This document shows, piece by piece, positions 18,631 to 28,383 of a DNA stretch of 50,200 nucleotides. Source of the DNA: an uncultured Muribaculaceae bacterium (lineage in GTDB: Bacteria > Bacillota_I > Bacilli_A > RF39 > UBA660); assembly GCA_964368535.1 (NCBI GenBank), contig CAYJBC010000001.1:9800-59999 (forward strand), in the 5' to 3' direction. Each line of letters begins with the position of its first letter. Position 1 is the first letter of the stretch. Below the pieces are notes generated by a model, which searched no databases, was not told the DNA's origin, and saw only the letters and a program-made list of their open reading frames with translations. The translations under genes were made by a program, and so were the position numbers.

Positions 18631-19269
18631 CTAACTTACTTTTTCAACTAATTCCGCTAATTTTTTAGCTATTTTACTTTTTATTTTCAAATGTTTTAAA
18701 TAACAATCTGAACAAAGAGGTTCGTACTCTATATTGTCATTTGATCCATCAATTACCACTACTTCACCTTCATCAGTAAATTCATTATCTACTTTTCTTG
18801 AGTTAAAGATTGCTTTAGCTCCGCATACACAAAGTGAAGTGCTTCCAATTTCTTCTATTTCATCAGACAAAGCAAATAATTTGGCTGTGCCAGAGGAAAA
18901 CATATCTCCTTTAAAATTACTTCTAAGACCAAAAGCAATAACGGGAATTTTAATTAGGTGTGCTATAGTCCATAATTCTTCTATTTGACTTTCGCTAAGA
19001 AGTTCCGCTTCATCAATAATTATTATTCTTGCATTATAATATATTTTGTAATTATCTTCTGTTAAAAGGGATTCATTTTCTTTAAGATGTATATCAACTT
19101 TTCTATCTAATCCATTTCTAGAGACTATTTTGTCTCCTCCTTTAGTATCATGTACTGACTTAATCAAAGTTACTTTCATGTTTTTTTCTTCATAACTAAA
19201 AATTGTTTGAAGAATATTTAATGTTTTTCCTGAATTCATTGCTGCGTATTTGAATATTAAATTTGCCAT
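18631..19269 (-). CDS. tdk: Thymidine kinase
   Basis: 212 aa. AAMNSGKT P-loop, IIIDEAELL, and the C-terminal zinc ribbon CVCG...CSDCY. Confidence 0.93.
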   Translation of the reverse strand: MANLIFKYAAMNSGKTLNILQTIFSYEEKNMKVTLIKSVHDTKGGDKIVSRNGLDRKVDIHLKENESLLTEDNYKIYYNARIIIIDEAELLSESQIEELWTIAHLIKIPVIAFGLRSNFKGDMFSSGTAKLFALSDEIEEIGSTSLCVCGAKAIFNSRKVDNEFTDEGEVVVIDGSNDNIEYEPLCSDCYLKHLKIKSKIAKKLAELVEKVS

Positions 19270-19302
19270 TTTATCACCTATTTAATTGTAACATATTATC
19301 TC

Positions 19303-19328
19303 AAAAAAAACACAAGAAAATTCTTGTG
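19303..19328 (-). terminator. recO rho-independent terminator
   Basis: Minus strand reads CACAAGA-ATTT-TCTTGTG (7-bp stem) followed by T8. Confidence 0.68.
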
Positions 19329-19332
19329 GATT

Positions 19333-20067
19333 TTATATATTAATTATTTTGTTTAAAAAATCTTTACTATGTAAATATAATCCTGTATATGAATCATAAT
19401 ACGCTTTTACAAACAAATTAATTTCTTCTTTTAAATTTTTATCTATCTTAATATTACTAATACTTTTTATATCAACCAAATAATACATTCTTAATAGTTT
19501 TATTATTTTCAAAGACACTATTTTAGAAACTGGAGTATAGCAGCGTTTACATATAAGGCCACCAAATGATGCGTCTACTGTAATAATATCTTTTTTATCA
19601 CCACAAACGCTGCATTCGTTCAAATTAATACCTACACCTAGAAAATCTAAGTATTTTAATTCTAAAATATTTGTAAGTATTACTGGATCTAAATTATTTT
19701 CTAATTTTAAAACAGTTTCAATAAAAAGTTTATATATTTTTTTTGAGTTGGACTGCTTAAATACTTGATGAGTTAAATCAGTTATATAAGTTAAGTAACT
19801 TATTAGAGTCAAATCATTTTTTATTGTTTTCAAAGGATTAATAATTTCTGCGTTTACCAATGTGCTGAGTTTTCCTTCTTTATACTTAATATTAAATAAT
19901 CCATAAGTAAATTTTAAAGTAGAACTCCTGTTTTTAGATTTCATTGATTTTGCACCCTTAGCCATAGTACCAATAATTCCATATTTCTCAGTCAAAACAT
20001 TTATTATTTTACTTGTCTCGCCATATAGTGATTCACTTACAATAAATCCTTCAACACATAAATCCAT
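19333..20067 (-). CDS. recO: DNA repair protein RecO
   Basis: 244 aa. OB-fold N-terminus (ESLYGETSKII), zinc motif CSVCG...CKRC. Sits immediately after era and yqzL, as in Bacillus. Confidence 0.88.
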   Translation of the reverse strand: MDLCVEGFIVSESLYGETSKIINVLTEKYGIIGTMAKGAKSMKSKNRSSTLKFTYGLFNIKYKEGKLSTLVNAEIINPLKTIKNDLTLISYLTYITDLTHQVFKQSNSKKIYKLFIETVLKLENNLDPVILTNILELKYLDFLGVGINLNECSVCGDKKDIITVDASFGGLICKRCYTPVSKIVSLKIIKLLRMYYLVDIKSISNIKIDKNLKEEINLFVKAYYDSYTGLYLHSKDFLNKIINI

Positions 20068-20069
20068 TA

Positions 20070-20159
20070 CTAACCTTTCTTTTCTACTTTTTTATATTCT
20101 AAATAATCTGCTACTTTTCCTGTTTTGGCAAACTTTCTCCAAGCCTTCATTTTATCCAT
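20070..20159 (-). CDS. yqzL: YqzL-like small protein (not in the supplied ORF track)
   Basis: My own translation gives MDKMKAWRKFAKTGKVADYLEYKKVEKKG*, with ATG at 20159 and TAG at 20072-20070. It occupies the era-recO gap where B. subtilis has yqzL. The W..F..TG....YL.YK pattern resembles that family (recalled from memory). Confidence 0.6.
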   Translation of the reverse strand: MDKMKAWRKFAKTGKVADYLEYKKVEKKG

Positions 20160-20209
20160 ATATATCACCTTCCTAATTTAGTTATGGTAATATATTTTAT
20201 TTTTATTCA

Positions 20210-21097
20210 TTATTTTTCATAATTTTGAAAGCCTAAGTCTGCTAAGTATCTTTCCTTATCTTTCCAATTTTCAATTGTTTTAACATAAGTTTCTAAATAT
20301 ACTTTTTTACCGAATAGTCTTTCTAAATCTTTTCTGGCAAGGGATCCAACTGATTTTAGTTTACTTCCGCCTTTACCAATAATAATTTTTTTAACTGAAT
20401 CTCTGTCAACAATAATATCTACATAGATATTTAAAATATCTTTTTTATTTTCAAATTTAGTTGTGTAACATGTTATTCCATGCGGTATTTCATCCTCAGT
20501 AGATTGAAGTATTTTTTCTCTTACAAGCTCTGATGCCATGAAACTAGATGAATTACTAGTAAATTCATCTTTAGAAAAATACATTACATCATCTGTTAAG
20601 TATTTCTTTGTTACATCAATAAGTCTATCTACATTATCATTATTCATCGCAGATAGTGGAACAATTTCTGAAAAATTATAATAATCTTTTACTTCATTGA
20701 TTTTATCTAATAAATCCTCTTTTTTTACTTTATCAATTTTATTAAGAACAAGTATTACAGGTATATTATTATCTCTAATCATGTCAAGTATAAACATATC
20801 ACCTTTGCCAAATCCTGAAGCAATATCAACAACAAATAATATTACATCTACGTCTTTAGTTAAACTTATAGCTTCTTTATTTAAAATTTTACCAAGTCTA
20901 GAAATGGGCTTTCCAATTCCTGGTGTATCCACGAATACTATTTGATATTCTTCTTCATTATAAATTCCTTGAATAATATTTCTAGTAGTCCCAGCTTTAT
21001 CAGAGGTAATAGCTACTTTTTCATTTATGACCCTATTAAGTAGTGTACTTTTTCCAGTATTAGGTCTTCCTATTAAACTTACAAAACCACTTCTCAT
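20210..21097 (-). CDS. era: GTPase Era
   Basis: MRSGFVSLIGRPNTGKSTLLN, DTPG, NKID and a C-terminal KH domain (IIGKGGSKLK). The start ATG at 21097 overlaps the dgkA stop (TAATG). The track ORF is extended by 31 codons. Confidence 0.95.
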   Translation of the reverse strand: MRSGFVSLIGRPNTGKSTLLNRVINEKVAITSDKAGTTRNIIQGIYNEEEYQIVFVDTPGIGKPISRLGKILNKEAISLTKDVDVILFVVDIASGFGKGDMFILDMIRDNNIPVILVLNKIDKVKKEDLLDKINEVKDYYNFSEIVPLSAMNNDNVDRLIDVTKKYLTDDVMYFSKDEFTSNSSSFMASELVREKILQSTEDEIPHGITCYTTKFENKKDILNIYVDIIVDRDSVKKIIIGKGGSKLKSVGSLARKDLERLFGKKVYLETYVKTIENWKDKERYLADLGFQNYEK

Positions 21098-21504
21098 TAA
21101 AACCACAATTCTATTATTCTTGTTATAAAAATAAAGCCACATATTAATGCGTATGCAACGCCAGCTATAAACGCCGCTGCAGACCCACAATCTTTAGCTA
21201 TTTTTGCATATGGGTTAAATTCTTTTGTAACCATATCTACTGTAGCTTCTATCGCAGTATTTATTAGTTCAATTGCAAGAACTACCATATTAGCTAAAAA
21301 TATTATTGCCCACTGTATAAAACTTATTTGCAGACCAAATGCTATAATTACAGTTAAAACAGATCCTGCTGCATGCATATATAAGCTTTGTTCATTTCCA
21401 TAAGCATATACTAATCCATCTATCGAATATTTTAAACTATTAAAAATTCTTTTAATGCTAAATGTTTTAGTGTTATTTTTTTCTTTTTGTTTCTTCGAAC
21501 TCAT
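21097..21504 (-). CDS. dgkA: DgkA-family lipid kinase (diacylglycerol/undecaprenol kinase)
   Basis: 135 aa with three TM helices. NTAIEATVDM and the typical ybeY-dgkA-era position. Confidence 0.85.
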   Translation of the reverse strand: MSSKKQKEKNNTKTFSIKRIFNSLKYSIDGLVYAYGNEQSLYMHAAGSVLTVIIAFGLQISFIQWAIIFLANMVVLAIELINTAIEATVDMVTKEFNPYAKIAKDCGSAAAFIAGVAYALICGFIFITRIIELWF

Positions 21505-21919
21505 TTAATACCAACTCCTGTTTTTCTATCATTATTTTCTCTTCTATTTCATTCATGTGATCGTACCCAAGTAAATGTAAAATACCATGTACACACAAGA
21601 AACATATTTCTCTTGTCTCACTATGTCCATACTCTTTTGCTTGTTCAATCATTTTTGGTATACAAATAAATATATCTCCTAAATTTCTTATATCAATATT
21701 TAGTTTCCCATTATCCTCAAATGCAAAACTTATTACATCTGTTACCTTAAATATGCCGCGATAATCATTATTTATAGATTTAATTTTATCTTCATCTACA
21801 AATACAACTGAAAATACTGCATTTTTTACTTTTTCTGTTTCTAAAGTTTTATCGATTATTTTTTCCATAACTAATGGATAATCATAACCAAACTCATCTA
21901 TAATATCGTATTCATTCAT
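21473..21919 (-). CDS. ybeY: rRNA maturation endoribonuclease YbeY
   Basis: 148 aa. HGILHLLGYDH zinc motif. The start overlaps the vanZ-like stop as ATGA. Confidence 0.92.
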   Translation of the reverse strand: MNEYDIIDEFGYDYPLVMEKIIDKTLETEKVKNAVFSVVFVDEDKIKSINNDYRGIFKVTDVISFAFEDNGKLNIDIRNLGDIFICIPKMIEQAKEYGHSETREICFLCVHGILHLLGYDHMNEIEEKIMIEKQELVLNEFEETKRKK

Positions 21920-22545
21920 ATATAATTTAATACTCCCAAAACATTTAAACTATAAAATAGTAAACCCGCTAATATTATAATACATATAAAGGCATAAAGT
22001 CCATCTTTTTGCAAAAAGTTAGGCAAAGTATTTTTAAAACCATTTAATACTATAAATATTATATAACCTACAAATGCTCCTAAAACATTTAAAATTATAT
22101 CATCAATATCAAAAGTTCGTTCTATAAAATATTGTACTGTTTCAACGGATAAACTAATTAATAAAGCTGCAATTATGGTATTCAATATTTTTTTGCTCTT
22201 GGCGTAATATCCTATGTAAAATCCAAGAGGTAAAAAGACAATTACATTTCCTACAATATTTAGATTAAACAAATTACTACCAAAATCATATCGTAATATT
22301 TCTCTAAAAGGTATTAAATTAAAACCCTTAACTGAATTAACATCACTTTGACTTAAAAATGAAAACAACAAAAATATATATATCAAAAATATTAAATTCA
22401 TTAATTCTCGGTACAAATGCATTTTTTGCCTGGAATTTTTGAAATACAAAAATCTTACTATAGATAAAGTAATCACTATCATTACTATTAAAGGCCAATT
22501 AGTTAATATCGTGTTATCAAGAAAATTTTTAAACACTTCGCACAA
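21916..22545 (-). CDS. VanZ-like family membrane protein
   Basis: 209 aa, polytopic. ETVQYFIERTFDIDDIILNVLGAFVGY is VanZ-like. The start is uncertain: the track start is TTG abutting the SD, and an in-frame GTG at 22536 has better spacing. Confidence 0.65.
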   Translation of the reverse strand: MCEVFKNFLDNTILTNWPLIVMIVITLSIVRFLYFKNSRQKMHLYRELMNLIFLIYIFLLFSFLSQSDVNSVKGFNLIPFREILRYDFGSNLFNLNIVGNVIVFLPLGFYIGYYAKSKKILNTIIAALLISLSVETVQYFIERTFDIDDIILNVLGAFVGYIIFIVLNGFKNTLPNFLQKDGLYAFICIIILAGLLFYSLNVLGVLNYI

Positions 22546-22554
22546 CCTCTTCTC

Positions 22555-23664
22555 TTAATTTATAATTTCTTCCGTTACTATAAATATATCTACTTCTATT
22601 GTACTATTATTTTCAGTTTTTTTCAAAACTTTTTTTTCTTTAATATATTCTAAGTCGTCAAGTTTGTCTTCCATTTTCTCTTCTGATAGTTCTAATGCTT
22701 TGTTTAAAGCCTCATCTACTGTTAATGTTTTATATTTTTTAATTATTTCTTTTTGAATTTCAAGATGTAATTTGTAACCAAATAAATCAAATAATGTAAT
22801 ATAATCACTTTCATAATTTTCTATCCGACTATTTAATATTTGTGTTTTTTTATCTTCGTGTTCCCAAGAAAAATTATATCTTTTATAGTCCGTTTCGACG
22901 TATTCAAAATATTCAAAAGGAATGCTTAAACTTGTTTCGTACCATCTTTCTGCCTTAATTATCCCTTCTGCACACACTTCACTTTTTAATATATCGTTAT
23001 ATATTATTTGTCCACTTATTAGTAAATCTCCCTCACTTATATAATCACCTATTTTTACAACTGGAACTCCTTTTTTAACACTTATACTAGTTATCACGCC
23101 GCTTTCTTTTGCATATACATCGCAATAAGGCTCTTCTTCTGTTTCAACATTAATTATTCTTTCTTGTAACTTTATTATGTATTTCATACCTACTTTTTCA
23201 ATTTCTAACCATTCAATCCTATCTTTATATTTATCTAATATTTCATTTTTTATTGTATTAATTTCATCATAATTTTTATTGAAATTTAGGTTTTTTATTC
23301 CATAATATTTTAATTCCTCATAAATTAATGATCTTAGAGAATCATTTTGATGAACAACTTCTACTTCGATAATTAAATGTGTTAATATAATCATCAAAAT
23401 ACCTGAAATAACGATAACCATTGTATATAATTTATTTTTTTTTAGTAAATCAAAAATATTATTTATTCCTTCTTTTTTTACTATTTTAAATTTGTAACTT
23501 ACAATGTATTTTTTTATTCTTTTATACCCACTTACACTTACTTTTAGATACAGATAGTTATTTGTTTTTTTTGAGTCATAAATCTCTATATTTAAATCAT
23601 TTAATTTTCTGATTAGTTTGTAAAAATTACTAGTTTTAGTTCTAATCCATATATTTTTATTCAT
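22555..23664 (-). CDS. yqfD: Sporulation protein YqfD
   Basis: Single TM near residue 90. GVITSISVKKGVPVVKIGDYISEGDLLISG is typical of YqfD. Start is ATG 23664 or TTG 23670, overlapping the end of yqfC. Confidence 0.82.
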   Translation of the reverse strand: MNKNIWIRTKTSNFYKLIRKLNDLNIEIYDSKKTNNYLYLKVSVSGYKRIKKYIVSYKFKIVKKEGINNIFDLLKKNKLYTMVIVISGILMIILTHLIIEVEVVHQNDSLRSLIYEELKYYGIKNLNFNKNYDEINTIKNEILDKYKDRIEWLEIEKVGMKYIIKLQERIINVETEEEPYCDVYAKESGVITSISVKKGVPVVKIGDYISEGDLLISGQIIYNDILKSEVCAEGIIKAERWYETSLSIPFEYFEYVETDYKRYNFSWEHEDKKTQILNSRIENYESDYITLFDLFGYKLHLEIQKEIIKKYKTLTVDEALNKALELSEEKMEDKLDDLEYIKEKKVLKKTENNSTIEVDIFIVTEEIIN

Positions 23665-23902
23665 AATCAAAATTTACACTTTCTACTAAACCATCTATTA
23701 GTACTTCGTTATTGAATAATTTTTTTACTATAAGTTTTTCTCCTTTTATTATAAGTTTGAATAATTCAAATTTAAATATTAAATTTTGATCTGAAAATTT
23801 AATTATTGTTTCATAATTAAATAAATGAATTTTTTCGTCATATATAGATATAAAATATTTTTGGTCATATAAAAAGTTTTTTATATTGTTTATTATATTC
23901 AT
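23657..23902 (-). CDS. yqfC: Sporulation protein YqfC (YabP/YqfC family)
   Basis: 81 aa. The pattern KIHLFNYETIIKFSDQNLIF...LIIKGEKLIVKKLFNNEVLIDGLVESVNF and the position upstream of yqfD. Confidence 0.72.
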   Translation of the reverse strand: MNIINNIKNFLYDQKYFISIYDEKIHLFNYETIIKFSDQNLIFKFELFKLIIKGEKLIVKKLFNNEVLIDGLVESVNFDYE

Positions 23903-23923
23903 TTTATCACCTTATTAATAATA

Positions 23924-23949
23924 TGAAAAAAAGCAAAATATTTGCTTTA
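23924..23949 (-). terminator. Weak AT-rich terminator-like hairpin after P1
   Basis: Minus strand reads AAAGCAAA-TAT-TTTGCTTT then a T-run. The P1 stop codon is in the stem. Only two G-C pairs. Confidence 0.4.
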
Positions 23950-25452
23950 TATATCTATTCTAAACGGATTTTCTTCAGCACCTGAACCACTTTTTAATAT
24001 AATCTCTGACTTTAAATAAAACACTGGTCTTATATATAGTGAGTTTGTAACACTATAGCCTCCTGATATAGCTCCTGAGCTGGAAATTGGATGTATATAT
24101 CCATTCGAAGCATATGGCGTTATTGTCCATTCAAATTGATTAATGAACATCCAGTTATTATCTTTATATTCGGTGTTGTTTTCTTGTTCACTTTGTTTTA
24201 GATTCCATAAATTTGGTGCTGCCGCATACAAATAGTCATATGCATTCATAATTGCTATATTATATGTACTAACTGTTTGTGCTTGTACTTCATCTTCATA
24301 CACATCTTGCGCTACTCCTGTAGTGGGATGCGTTAATTCATTAATATTATATGTTGATGCAATTATCATACTTTTATATTTTTCTCCAAACGTATCATAA
24401 AACGTGGTGTTTAAATAATTATTTGACCAAGCATCATCACTTACATTGTTTACATCTGTACCTTCCCATAAATTATTGCTTGATGTATGGTATCTCATTT
24501 GATCTCCGTTATCAACTATATTATTTAAGTTATAATCTATAGGAGTATTTTTTATTAGTTTAATTTTGTTTTCATATATTCCTAATATACGATACATATT
24601 GTCATCTGGACATATTTCATCGTCACTACCAAAACAAACATAATTATGAACAACATCATTGCCGCCTGAATATCTATAATTACCGTCTTCAGTGCTATTC
24701 AATAATCCAGGATCGTGTTTTATCAATGATGGAATCATATTGCTATTGTCTGATAGACATTGTGCCATTTTATCGCCTATGCAATTGTTTTCAACAGTGT
24801 TAGTATCTTGACTTAAAATTAACGTGCTATTTAGAGTTTTTCCAGTGTTACTACTTTGATCTGCATCATGATTTATAAATATTACTTCCGCCTCCCAATT
24901 ATGTGTAATTCCAGTTACTGAATCTGTTGTTTCAATTGTATAATTATTTGCTATAGTGAACATGCCAGTAACCGTTGTAATATCAAACCCTGATTGAGAA
25001 ACACCAGCTTTATCAAGAACTGTTTTGTGAGTTAATCCAGTAATTGAAGTCACTTCTTCGTTTGTTGGAGATATTATTTTCAGTAATATTTCTGGTATAT
25101 CTGTCGATTGTGTATATAAGTAATTATTATTATTAATGTTAAAATATACGTTGTACTTATCTGAAGCTGAACCAGCACTAGAATTTGCTGTCAACTTAGC
25201 TGTTGAAGTTGTTGATGCACTTAAAGTACCATGTCCTGACGAAAAATTTTCTATTGAAGCAACTAAATTAATATCTGCACCAGGGGTTAATTTTAATGAT
25301 TCTGATTTTGATGTAGTAACATTTATGTCTGTATTTGCTGGCGTTGCAATTTGCACTACAAAAAAACCAAATGATACACTTAATGTTATAATACTAATAA
25401 CTAATATTATTATTAGTATTGTATTTTTTTTAGTTTTATTTAATTTTATCAT
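23947..25452 (-). CDS. Paralog P1: conserved N-module (possible TasA/camelysin-like, SipW-type signal) plus class-A four-Cys C-module
   Basis: 501 aa. N-terminus KLNKTKKNTILIIILVISIITLSVSFGFFVVQ. Family motifs: LKLTPGADINL, AGSASDKYNVYF, IPEILLKII, GFDITT, HNWEAEVIFINHDADQSSNTGK. Class-A motifs: C..(7)..C, YRYSG, YVCFGSDDEICPDDNMYRILG. C-terminus RPVFYLKSEIILKSGSGAEENPFRIDI. Confidence 0.6.
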   Translation of the reverse strand: MIKLNKTKKNTILIIILVISIITLSVSFGFFVVQIATPANTDINVTTSKSESLKLTPGADINLVASIENFSSGHGTLSASTTSTAKLTANSSAGSASDKYNVYFNINNNNYLYTQSTDIPEILLKIISPTNEEVTSITGLTHKTVLDKAGVSQSGFDITTVTGMFTIANNYTIETTDSVTGITHNWEAEVIFINHDADQSSNTGKTLNSTLILSQDTNTVENNCIGDKMAQCLSDNSNMIPSLIKHDPGLLNSTEDGNYRYSGGNDVVHNYVCFGSDDEICPDDNMYRILGIYENKIKLIKNTPIDYNLNNIVDNGDQMRYHTSSNNLWEGTDVNNVSDDAWSNNYLNTTFYDTFGEKYKSMIIASTYNINELTHPTTGVAQDVYEDEVQAQTVSTYNIAIMNAYDYLYAAAPNLWNLKQSEQENNTEYKDNNWMFINQFEWTITPYASNGYIHPISSSGAISGGYSVTNSLYIRPVFYLKSEIILKSGSGAEENPFRIDI

Positions 25453-25461
25453 ATAACCTCT

Positions 25462-26907
25462 TTACATATCTATTCTAAACGGATTAGCTATTTTTCCGTT
25501 ACCATTTACAATTAGTACACTTTCATTCAAATAAAATACTGGTCTAGTATCTAATGAAGTGTTGTAATGATTTTGGTATACTCCACCACTATTGGAAATA
25601 ATAAATGGATAAGTTGTATCTTTAGAATTAATTGTCCATTCTTTAATTCCTGAAAACATCCAAGATAAATGATCATATGAATAAAAATATGATAACTTAG
25701 GTGGAGTAGCTTTTTTCCAATAACTTTCAGGAATAGTGTAAGTATAATCGCTTGTATTCATCAAACCTATTTTATTAGTTAATAATATATTTTTTTCTGC
25801 TGCTGATGCTACTGCCATAGTGTAATCTTGAGAATATATTGTTCCCACCTTATATTCATAATCTACAATCATATTCTGATATTTGCTGTTTATAGAATTA
25901 TAGAAATCATTATTTAAATATGATCTTAAAGAGGAATTTTCAAAATATGTTGCTCCAGTTGCATTCCACGGTAAAACACCTATACTAGTTTGTTTAATTA
26001 ATTTCACTTTATTATCAAATACACCCATTATACGGTACATATCAGCTTCAGAGCATACTTCTTCTTCGCTGCCAAAACATACATAATTATAATTTATTGT
26101 TTCACTATCTCCTGAGTATCTATAACTATTATCTAAGATGCTATATTGAAGATTTTCAGAGTGATGAATCATACCTTCTTGAATATTAATATTGTTAGTT
26201 AAACATTTTGAAAAACTAGTGTTGGCACAAATATCTCCAAGAGAAACATCATCAGTTTGAATTAATACTTTTGCCTCCATATTTTTATTTGAATTTAATG
26301 ATTGATCATGACTTAAGTTAACAAATTGCAATTCAAAATTCCAACTTTGAGAAGTTCCCGTTGCAATATTATTAGTGCTAATCAAGTATTCAGTTGCAAT
26401 AGCATAATATCCTGTTTTATTTGTAATATCAAAACCCGTTATATCTACATTGTTTGCATCTGCTACTGTTACATATTCTAAACCTTTAATTTCTTCTATC
26501 AAATCACCTTCAGGATTAGTAATTTTTAATATAATTTCTGGAGTCAAAACGCTTTGACTATATTCATACTCATTATTCAATATATTAAAATAAACGTTGT
26601 AATTTGCAGTAGCAGATCCTGCTTCGGTGCTAGGAAACAATTCTACTAGTGATGTAGAATTTGAACTTAGACTTCCATCTCCTGCAGAAAAATTTGATAA
26701 AGTCGCATGTAAATTAATAGTTTCACCTGGATTTATTTTTAAAAATTCATCTTGAAGAGATGTAAGCTCTAAATCTGTTTTTGCTGGTGCAGTTACCTGA
26801 ACAACAAAAAAAGCGAATGATACTAAAATACATGATATACTTAAAATAAGTACAATCAACAATATAATATTTTTTTTTGATTTATTAAAATTTAATGTTT
26901 TTTTCAT
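25462..26907 (-). CDS. Paralog P2: same N-module plus class-A C-module
   Basis: 481 aa. N-terminus ...KSKKNIILLIVLILSISCILVSFAFFVVQ. Motifs: LKINPGETINL, AGSATANYNVYF, TPEIILKIT, GFDITN, SQSWNFELQFVNLSHDQS, CFGSEEEVCSEADMYRIMG. C-terminus RPVFYLNESVLIVNGNGKIANPFRIDM. Sits 9 nt upstream of P1. Confidence 0.6.
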   Translation of the reverse strand: MKKTLNFNKSKKNIILLIVLILSISCILVSFAFFVVQVTAPAKTDLELTSLQDEFLKINPGETINLHATLSNFSAGDGSLSSNSTSLVELFPSTEAGSATANYNVYFNILNNEYEYSQSVLTPEIILKITNPEGDLIEEIKGLEYVTVADANNVDITGFDITNKTGYYAIATEYLISTNNIATGTSQSWNFELQFVNLSHDQSLNSNKNMEAKVLIQTDDVSLGDICANTSFSKCLTNNINIQEGMIHHSENLQYSILDNSYRYSGDSETINYNYVCFGSEEEVCSEADMYRIMGVFDNKVKLIKQTSIGVLPWNATGATYFENSSLRSYLNNDFYNSINSKYQNMIVDYEYKVGTIYSQDYTMAVASAAEKNILLTNKIGLMNTSDYTYTIPESYWKKATPPKLSYFYSYDHLSWMFSGIKEWTINSKDTTYPFIISNSGGVYQNHYNTSLDTRPVFYLNESVLIVNGNGKIANPFRIDM

Positions 26908-26925
26908 TCTTTTACTCTTTTCTTC

Positions 26926-28362
26926 TTACAATCTAAATGGATTGTCAATTGTTCCATTACCACTTTTATACATTACACTTTCTGTTAAATAGAAACTTGG
27001 TCTTACACTTTGTTCTTGGGAAAAATCATGATATGTTAATAGTCCTGTCGACTGAAAACTAAACATTCTTTGCACATTATTTAGATCGTATATGGATATA
27101 ACCCATTCATCTAATCCAGAAAAAATCCACTCTGCCTCATCACTATAATATCTACTCCAATTTTCCGGGTCGGTAGAATATGCTAAATCAGTTAAACTTA
27201 TAAGCATAATTTTATTATTAACAGTTTTATAGGTATTTTCTATTCTAGATATTTCATAAGATGAATTTGCATTATCATGCGGATTTTTTGGAAAAGACCC
27301 ATATTTCCAATCGTAACTAGAAACATAATTTTGATATTTAGTTGGAAATGAATTATAAAAATCATTATTTAAATATTGTTCTAAGGATGAATTATTGTGG
27401 ATTTTACTAACTTCTGTATCCCAAGGTAATGATAAATTTGTTGTATTCTTCACGATTTTAACTAAACCGTCATATACTCCTATGATTCTATATAAATTAT
27501 CACTAGGACACTCCTCTTCGTCACTACCAAAGCATAAATAGTTATGTGATACTATTTCGTCTATTCCAGCAAATCTATAATTATCATCTAATGCTCCATT
27601 TGTTAAAGTGTTAGTATGATGATATAAACCATAGTATTGAGCATAATTATCAGTTATACAACTAGCAAGTGATTTTGTGTCACAATTTGGTGTAAATTTA
27701 TATTCAGCAGCACTAAATATTATCTTTGATTCCATCAATTTTTCTGTGTTACCCGATTGGTCACTATCTAAATTTAAAAATATTAATTCAAAATCCCATG
27801 TATGTGTAGTGCCTATTTCAGTATTGGTAGTGTCTATAGGTTGATTTTTGACTAATTCTAAGACTCCTTTTTGTGTTGTCATATCAAATCCCGAATGTTC
27901 CACACCATTTTTATCCATGACTGTTACATAATCCAATTTAGTGATATTATTTATCAGATTTCCATCCTGATTCGTAATTTTCAATAGAATTTCAGGCGTA
28001 CTATCTTTTTGAGTATAAACATAATTATTTTTTTCTACTTGATAATATATACTATATGAACTAGTAGCGCTCCCTGTTTCGTTATCCGGCAGTAAAGTCA
28101 CTGTTGGACTAGTTGTATCATTTAACGAACCAGTAGTAGTTGAAAAATTTTCTATTGTTGCATGGATACTTAAATCTCCACCAGGACTGAATATCAATTC
28201 CTCTTCTTGAGATGTTTCAGCCTTTAGACTGGTTCTTGAAGGTGAACTGACTTGAGAAATAAAGAATGCAAAAGTAGCTGCAACAACTGCTATTCCTATC
28301 AACACAATAAATATTATTACAACTATTTTTCTTTTAATTAAAAACGTTTTGAGTTTGTTCAT
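26926..28362 (-). CDS. Paralog P3: same N-module plus class-A C-module
   Basis: 478 aa. N-terminus ...IGIAVVAATFAFFISQ. Motifs: FSPGGDLSI, TGSATSSYSIYY, TPEILLKIT, GFDMTT, THTWDFELIFLNLDSDQSGN, CFGSDEEECPSDNLYRIIG. C-terminus VRPSFYLTESVMYKSGNGTIDNPFRL. AAGGAG SD. Confidence 0.6.
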   Translation of the reverse strand: MNKLKTFLIKRKIVVIIFIVLIGIAVVAATFAFFISQVSSPSRTSLKAETSQEEELIFSPGGDLSIHATIENFSTTTGSLNDTTSPTVTLLPDNETGSATSSYSIYYQVEKNNYVYTQKDSTPEILLKITNQDGNLINNITKLDYVTVMDKNGVEHSGFDMTTQKGVLELVKNQPIDTTNTEIGTTHTWDFELIFLNLDSDQSGNTEKLMESKIIFSAAEYKFTPNCDTKSLASCITDNYAQYYGLYHHTNTLTNGALDDNYRFAGIDEIVSHNYLCFGSDEEECPSDNLYRIIGVYDGLVKIVKNTTNLSLPWDTEVSKIHNNSSLEQYLNNDFYNSFPTKYQNYVSSYDWKYGSFPKNPHDNANSSYEISRIENTYKTVNNKIMLISLTDLAYSTDPENWSRYYSDEAEWIFSGLDEWVISIYDLNNVQRMFSFQSTGLLTYHDFSQEQSVRPSFYLTESVMYKSGNGTIDNPFRL

Positions 28363-28383
28363 TTAAATTCTCCTTTATTCTTG

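Noticed and set aside
21098-21190. N-terminal extensions of track ORFs: era to 21190, engB to 5174, pyk to 44311, rpsT from 6522, P5 to 38040, P6 to 42771, the WG-like gene to 36338, the RSH gene to 48107 and NUDIX to 49956
   Set aside because: In each case an internal ATG is preceded by a good SD and aligns with the conserved family N-terminus. The extensions run through terminators, promoter boxes or the upstream gene.
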